DNA from: Thermodesulfobacteriota bacterium
Lineage (GTDB): Bacteria > Desulfobacterota_D > UBA1144 > Nemesobacterales > UBA2774
Assembly: GCA_965223335.1 (NCBI GenBank)
Contig: OZ244991.1
Location: 704,001-768,000 of the forward strand
Direction of reading: 5' to 3'
DNA length: 64,000 nucleotides
Shown piece by piece: positions 58,486 through 64,000 of the stretch. The notes beneath the pieces are model-generated. The model saw only the letters and a program-made list of their open reading frames with translations. It did not search any database and was not told the DNA's origin. Made by a program: the position numbers and the translations under genes. Each line of letters opens with the position of its first letter. Within the stretch, counting starts at the first letter, position 1.

Positions 58486-60180
58486 CTATTTATCCACAAC
58501 CGACATCATCATCTCAGTGATCACTTTGGTCGCCCCGCTAACGGTGTCGGGATCGGTATGTATGTTAATCACAGAGGCAAGACCCGAGTCAAGCGCCCTT
58601 TCTATGGCACCCTCGAGCTCTCGGGGATCCTCCACAAGCTCGCCGTAACCGCCAAGGGATTCGATCACCTTGTGGAAAGGGGTGTGACCCAACATCACAC
58701 CGGGTTTCGGAACATCCTGTCCATAGGTTATATCCAGCTGGTGCTTAGTCATTCCCCACGCACCGTCGTTACAGACCACGGCCACAAACGGGATCCCGTG
58801 CCTAAGGGCTGTATTAAACTCCATAAAGTTCATCCCCATCGCACCGTCACCGCTGATTAATACCAGTGGGGTGTCGGGGCGTGCCAACTTAGCCCCTATG
58901 GCAAACGGCACCCCTACTCCCATGCACCCGAGTGGGCCGCCCTTCACATAGTGCCCCGGGTTCGTGACTGTATAATTGCCGTCGGTAAAGGCCTGCGTGT
59001 CACCACCGTCTATAACTAGAGTACACTCGCCACCTAATACGTTTTCGACCGCCTTTACAACTCTAAGAATATGTATGGGCGTTTGCTCGGATGACTTGAT
59101 AGCTTTAAGATCGCCTGACTCAGCCCGGGCTACTGATCTAATATGCTCGACCCAGTCCTTATAATCCATCTCTAGCTTATTCGCTTTTAGCAGCTTGGAG
59201 ACTTGTTTCAAAGAACTGCTCAAATCGCCCGTAATCGGCAGGTCTACGGCTCTATTCCTCCCGATCTCGGCCGGGTCGATATCGATCTGTGCTACTTTTG
59301 CACGGGGATTAAACGTGTTTCCGAAACCTATATAGATGCTTAGTCTTACGCCCAGCAATAAAATGAGGTCAGCTTCGGAGGTTGCTTTTCTAAACCCGTT
59401 TGGAGCACCGGGGCTTGCGGCCCCAAAGCATAGTGGGTTAAGGTCGGAAACAATTCCTCGCCCGAAATTTAGTGTATATAGGGGTATCCCTGTAAGCTCA
59501 ATAAATTTTTTTAGCGAGTCTTCCGATTTTGAGTACCAGGCACCGCTACCCGCAATGGCAACAGGTTTTTTAGAATCAGCGAGCATTGATATGAGCTCAT
59601 CTGTACTCTCATTCGGAGCGGCAACTCTGGTATTGGGGATACGTGTGTCGTAATTCTTGATATCCTGTTCATACACCGAGGGGTACAAGACTTCATAAGA
59701 CATCCCCAAATAAACTGGCCCCGGCCTGCCGGCAATAGCTTGTTTATAGGCCTCTGTGATATATTGCGGGATCCTCGAGGGGTCATAAACGGTCCTTGCC
59801 CATTTCGTGACAGGCCTGGCCATAGCCTCTTGGTCTATCTCCTGGAGCGAGAGTCGGTCGTTTTCCTCGATCCCTGATCGGCCCGCGAGTAATAGTAGAG
59901 GCGAGTTCGAGAGGTGCGCTCCCGCTATACCTGTTAACGTGTTGGTAAACCCGGGCCCTGCGGTTACCAAACATACCCCCGGTCGCCTGGAAACCCTGCC
60001 GTAGGCGTCCGCAGCCATCGACGCCCCCTGCTCTTGGTGTGTGTCAACCAAGCGGATTCCAAACTCGGGGCAAGAGTTATATATAGGGTTTATATGCCCT
60101 CCGCCCAGTGTAAAAATGTCTTTTACACCCAGCTCTGAAAGTGTCTTTGCAACAAGCCGCCCGCCTTCAACTTTCGCCAT
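58486..60180 (-). CDS. ThDP-dependent enzyme (IlvB-like / 2-hydroxyacyl-CoA lyase-like)
   Basis: FTL.GGHI, TAGPG, GRPGPVYL, GCMGVG, GDGA.G...N ThDP motif. No adjacent ilvN/ilvH subunit. Confidence 0.85.
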   Translation of the reverse strand: MAKVEGGRLVAKTLSELGVKDIFTLGGGHINPIYNSCPEFGIRLVDTHQEQGASMAADAYGRVSRRPGVCLVTAGPGFTNTLTGIAGAHLSNSPLLLLAGRSGIEENDRLSLQEIDQEAMARPVTKWARTVYDPSRIPQYITEAYKQAIAGRPGPVYLGMSYEVLYPSVYEQDIKNYDTRIPNTRVAAPNESTDELISMLADSKKPVAIAGSGAWYSKSEDSLKKFIELTGIPLYTLNFGRGIVSDLNPLCFGAASPGAPNGFRKATSEADLILLLGVRLSIYIGFGNTFNPRAKVAQIDIDPAEIGRNRAVDLPITGDLSSSLKQVSKLLKANKLEMDYKDWVEHIRSVARAESGDLKAIKSSEQTPIHILRVVKAVENVLGGECTLVIDGGDTQAFTDGNYTVTNPGHYVKGGPLGCMGVGVPFAIGAKLARPDTPLVLISGDGAMGMNFMEFNTALRHGIPFVAVVCNDGAWGMTKHQLDITYGQDVPKPGVMLGHTPFHKVIESLGGYGELVEDPRELEGAIERALDSGLASVINIHTDPDTVSGATKVITEMMMSVVDK

Positions 60181-60305
60181 CTTCACCACCTTTAACTCAA
60201 CCCTAATACTTTCACACCAATCGAATGCTAAATCAAATAGCTCATTTTCTGGATTAAACCCAAATGTGTTACAATAAGGACTACTTTAATTGGAGGTAAC
60301 CACAT

Positions 60306-60689
60306 ATGTCAGATCAAGAAATACCAGGTGGCGCAGAACAACCTCAACCTTCTAATGTTATGAATTCCATAACCATGGCGTTTAACCTCGGTGTGTCTGC
60401 CAATCAGCAGACTGCCGGCACTAAAAGTGTAGCCGTGGTGGCCGGGGATCTTGCGATGAATATATACAACAACCTAGCCGAGATATACGGCACACAACAC
60501 GACGAAGCGTTACTCCAGGCTAACACCGAGTACTTTTTGCAAATAGCACTCCTCGGATACATAGTCCCCTCTATATGCGCTTATGACGAGGATTTTAAGA
60601 ATAGGCTGTTTGCACTCATCGAAGCCAAGGCAAATGCAATGCCTACTGAGGGCGGCGCGCCTCCGGGAAGTCCCATCGTCACTCCATAA
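60306..60689 (+). CDS. Hypothetical protein
   Basis: 127-aa ORF with SD GGAGG. No recognised motif. Confidence 0.7.
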   Translation: MSDQEIPGGAEQPQPSNVMNSITMAFNLGVSANQQTAGTKSVAVVAGDLAMNIYNNLAEIYGTQHDEALLQANTEYFLQIALLGYIVPSICAYDEDFKNRLFALIEAKANAMPTEGGAPPGSPIVTP

Positions 60690-60718
60690 CTTGGAATGAA
60701 CTGACCCATTACTAACAT

Positions 60719-61864
60719 ATGAACAACAAAGTCCTAGGTGGCAGAGAAAAGGTTAAAGTAGCTGTTATACAAGCGTCCCCTGTGTTTATGGATAAACGGG
60801 GCTCGATAGAAAAAGCTTGTAAGCTCATTAAGGAAGCTGGTCAAAACGGGGCCGAGCTTGTGACATTCTCGGAAACTTTCATCCCGGGCTACCCGGCTTA
60901 CTACACAGTAGGCTACGAAACCCCTCCTCATGAATGGACCGATTTTATGATAGCGCTGCAGGAAAACTCGGTGCTTATCCCCAGTGAAGACACACAGATC
61001 CTGGGTGAAGCAGCGCGCGACGCCGGCACATATCTGGTGATGGGCATAAACGAACTCGACGACCGCCCGGGCAGCCAAACCGTATACAACAGCCTGCTCT
61101 ACATAGACAAAGAGGGTCAGGTGATGGGCAGACACAGAAAGCTTATGCCTACCTATACGGAACGTGTGTATTGGGGTCAGGGCAATGGCAGTGATATAAA
61201 TGTATTCGATACCGATATAGGCAGGATAGGCGGGCTCATCTGTTGGGAGAACCACATGACGCTTGTGAGGGCTGCGATGATACATCGGGGCGAGGAGTTT
61301 CATATAGCTGTGTGGCCGGGGAACTGGAAGCGGGGCGATGATAAACTGCTCCAGAGCGACACATCCGAAGGAGGCATCCACTGCAATCTACAGTCGCTGA
61401 TAAAGGTCCACGCCTTTGAGGCAGGTGCATTTGTGCTAAGCGGTTGCGGCTACCTGACGGAGGACGACTTCCCTGAAAAGTGGGAGTACATACGCGACGG
61501 CGACCATATTAACTACGACTGGGCGCGGGGAGGAAGTTCCATAGTTAACCCAGCGGGCCGCTACCTCGCAGAACCCTGCTTCGAGAAAGATGCCATCCTC
61601 TATGCAGAGTGCTATGCCAACCAGATTAAGGCCGTTAAGGCCGTGTTTGACTCCTTGGGACATTACTCGAGGTGGGATGTGGCACGACTCGCATTAAATA
61701 CACAACGACTCGACCCGGAATTCCTAGACGACGCTATGCTTCATAATGATTTTGAGATCACAGAAGACAAACTCGACAGAATTTCAGAGAGTTATGAGAT
61801 CTCGAAAGATAATTTACGGTCAATAATTAAAGAACTATTTGACGTTAACGAGTCGACTGAATAG
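60719..61864 (+). CDS. Nitrilase (carbon-nitrogen hydrolase)
   Basis: Catalytic E-K-C in FSETFIPGYP, HRKLMPTYTER, ICWENHM. C-terminal D..GHYSR. Confidence 0.9.
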   Translation: MNNKVLGGREKVKVAVIQASPVFMDKRGSIEKACKLIKEAGQNGAELVTFSETFIPGYPAYYTVGYETPPHEWTDFMIALQENSVLIPSEDTQILGEAARDAGTYLVMGINELDDRPGSQTVYNSLLYIDKEGQVMGRHRKLMPTYTERVYWGQGNGSDINVFDTDIGRIGGLICWENHMTLVRAAMIHRGEEFHIAVWPGNWKRGDDKLLQSDTSEGGIHCNLQSLIKVHAFEAGAFVLSGCGYLTEDDFPEKWEYIRDGDHINYDWARGGSSIVNPAGRYLAEPCFEKDAILYAECYANQIKAVKAVFDSLGHYSRWDVARLALNTQRLDPEFLDDAMLHNDFEITEDKLDRISESYEISKDNLRSIIKELFDVNESTE

Positions 61865-61872
61865 TAACTATA

Positions 61873-63237
61873 CTAACTTAGGTCAGCTTTAACCCTATCT
61901 AATGCTCCCTCTATAACAGCTCTGATCTCAGAGAGCCTCTGTTCATTCTCTGCCTCGAACCTAAGTACAAGTGCGGGCTGAGTGTTAGATGCCCGAATAA
62001 GACCCCAGCCGTCGGGGAACTCAATGCGTACACCGTCGGTGTTAATCACATCAAAATCCGAGTCGAGCAGCTCTGCTACACCCCGGACAAGCTCAAACTT
62101 AATATCCTCGTTCGTATCCACTCTAATCTCGGGTGTAGTAATTGCATGTGGAACCCCGTCCAGGAGTTCCGACACTTTTTTCCCAGTCTTAGATACAATC
62201 TCCACAAGCCTAAGCGCTCCGTACAGAGCGTCGTCGTACCCATAGTACCTGTCTGCAAAAAATATGTGCCCGCTCATCTCACCAGCCAAAAGAGCCCCTT
62301 CCTCCTTCATCTTGCTCTTTATCAGCGAATGCCCGGTCTTCCACATTATGGCCTTGCCGCCTCTAGATTCTATGTCCTTAAAGAGCCGCCCCGAGCACTT
62401 CACATCCCCGATTATGGTGGCCCCTGGGTTTCGCTCTAGTATTTCCCGAGCGTATATAAGCACTAGCATATCCCCCCATACAATCCGGCCGTATTCATCC
62501 AGTGCCCCTACCCTGTCGCCGTCACCATCGAAACCCAGCCCGACCTCGGACCCGCTGTTGATTACCGCATCTCGTAGCTCCACCAGATTCTCCTCAACCG
62601 TCGGGTCAGGGTGGTGATTGGGGAATGTGCCGTCGGGCTTCTCGTAGAGCTCAGTAACATCGCACCCGAACTCACGGAACACACTGGGACCCATAAGACC
62701 CACCATCCCGTTGCCGTAGTCAAGTGCAACCTTTATCCCTGGCTCGATATCCAGATTGTTTTTTAGGTAATCCACATACTCTGCCCCAATATCGTGGGTG
62801 CTTTGATTCCCCGTGCCCCGCGCAAACTGCCCGCTTTCTGCAATCCTGCGAATATCTTGTATCCCCTCTCCATACACGGAATTCGTGCCCGCAGACAGTT
62901 TCACTCCGTTATACTCAGACGGGTTATGGCTAGCAGTGATCATTACCCCACCCTCTACATCCAGGTTAAATAATGAAAAATAGAGCATCGGTGTAGATAC
63001 CATCCCAATATCTATTACATCGATCCCGGTGGAGTTAATCCCCTGTGTGATAGCACCCGAGTAACCGGGGGAACTCATTCTACAGTCTCTGCCGAGAGCT
63101 ACGGTTTTCGTACCCATCGACTTAACATATGTCCCGTACGCTTTGCCGATTTGGTTAATCACATCCTCGTCGAGGTCTTTATCCACTATGCCCCTTATGT
63201 CGTACTCTCTAAATATCTGGGGGTTAATCGTACTCAT
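61873..63237 (-). CDS. Phosphomannomutase/phosphoglucomutase (AlgC-like)
   Basis: IFREYDIRG, TASHNP, FDGDGDR, GEMSGH, RASNT. Start at ATG 63237 with SD GGAGG. Confidence 0.95.
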   Translation of the reverse strand: MSTINPQIFREYDIRGIVDKDLDEDVINQIGKAYGTYVKSMGTKTVALGRDCRMSSPGYSGAITQGINSTGIDVIDIGMVSTPMLYFSLFNLDVEGGVMITASHNPSEYNGVKLSAGTNSVYGEGIQDIRRIAESGQFARGTGNQSTHDIGAEYVDYLKNNLDIEPGIKVALDYGNGMVGLMGPSVFREFGCDVTELYEKPDGTFPNHHPDPTVEENLVELRDAVINSGSEVGLGFDGDGDRVGALDEYGRIVWGDMLVLIYAREILERNPGATIIGDVKCSGRLFKDIESRGGKAIMWKTGHSLIKSKMKEEGALLAGEMSGHIFFADRYYGYDDALYGALRLVEIVSKTGKKVSELLDGVPHAITTPEIRVDTNEDIKFELVRGVAELLDSDFDVINTDGVRIEFPDGWGLIRASNTQPALVLRFEAENEQRLSEIRAVIEGALDRVKADLS

Positions 63238-63384
63238 ACATCCTTCCTCCTGGTAACTCAACTAGTTCGTAATGAATGCCAATTCTCGTGTTAAAGTGCT
63301 TGATTGCGAATAGATAATACTATACCCCAGCCATAATTAAAGATATTTCTTGACTTTAAAAACAAGGCTTTTATTCTTTCTCAA

Positions 63385-64000
63385 ATGATTTTTCCTGGCC
63401 CTGAAGATTTCCGAGCGAAACTCAAAGAGGGAAACCTTATCCCGGTATGGGGAGAGGTCCTGGCGGACTACGACACCCCGGTCTCAGCGCTAAAGAAGAT
63501 CGAAACCGGGGACTATGCGTTCCTCCTAGAGAGTGTGGAGGGGGGTGAAAAATGGGGCAGGTACAGCTTCCTGGCCACCCAGCCCTCTGTAGTGTTCAAG
63601 ACCAAGGGCACACGTATAGAGATTACTCGGAACGGCAGCGTTACCACAACCGAGAATAACCCTATAGATGCGCTTAGGGATCTGCTCTCTAAGTACAGAC
63701 CCGTGACTACACCCGAGCTCCCCAGGTTCCACGGCGGCGCAGTCGGTTATTTCACCTACGACACCGTTAGATTTGTGGAGGACCTGCCCGAGGATACTAT
63801 AGACGACCTCGAACTCTACGACTCTCTTTTCATGATCACCGATCTCGTGCTTATATTCGATAATGTAAGCCACAAGATCAAGATTGTGCATAACACGTTC
63901 ATTGAAGATCCCTCTACTGCAGACGAGGCATACGAGAACGCAAAAGAGAAAATAAACAATATCGTAAGCAAGTTAAGAGCCCCCACCTCGCCCTACAACA
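63385..64000 (+). CDS. trpE: Anthranilate synthase component I, partial (runs off window)
   Basis: Manual translation MIFPGPEDF...LADYDTPVSALKKI...AFLLESVEGGEKWGRYSFL...PRFHGGAVGYFTYD. Confidence 0.85.
   Translation, partial: MIFPGPEDFRAKLKEGNLIPVWGEVLADYDTPVSALKKIETGDYAFLLESVEGGEKWGRYSFLATQPSVVFKTKGTRIEITRNGSVTTTENNPIDALRDLLSKYRPVTTPELPRFHGGAVGYFTYDTVRFVEDLPEDTIDDLELYDSLFMITDLVLIFDNVSHKIKIVHNTFIEDPSTADEAYENAKEKINNIVSKLRAPTSPYN

Noticed and set aside
63526..63891. 121-aa minus-strand ORF
   Set aside because: Antisense to the partial trpE on the plus strand.

Overview
This is a bacterial chromosomal window made up mostly of housekeeping and envelope genes (thiI, truA, leuB, mfd, SurA/PpiC foldases, hsp20, nurA, groES/groEL, purE, tsaC, lemA, lepA, pmm/pgm, partial trpE). 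Gene content suggests a deltaproteobacteria-related lineage, possibly Ca. Dadabacteria; that is inference and was not tested. The standout is a ~13.3 kb array (8073-21406, minus strand) of four tandem, self-contained units, each laid out as sigma70-like promoter, gene A, gene B, conserved terminator. Gene A encodes a ~350 aa secreted acidic protein. Gene B encodes a ~650 aa secreted protein that is a paralog of A, with a Cys-bracketed hypervariable ~250 aa insert resembling a carbohydrate-binding module, a Pro/Thr linker, and a Cys-TM-basic C-terminal sorting tail. The copies are mosaics of near-identical tracts with sharp breakpoints, which suggests recombinational shuffling of a surface-protein repertoire. 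Next to the array is a ~1000 aa PDZ/S41/SH3 C-terminal protease. Nearby are a GT2/GT-C/PMT-like cluster and two TMTC-like GT-C/TPR proteins that could glycosylate the surface proteins. Other items worth checking are a structured leader with a 26-codon uORF and terminator (40284-40450), a 78-bp structured insertion flanked by 6-bp direct repeats in two 3' UTRs, a CIRCE-like element with a long spacer, NurA plus a stand-alone HAS-barrel gene, and several apparently leaderless genes. No rRNA, tRNA, CRISPR array, transposase, integrase or reverse transcriptase was recognised. All family calls come from reading motifs by eye; no database searches were run.
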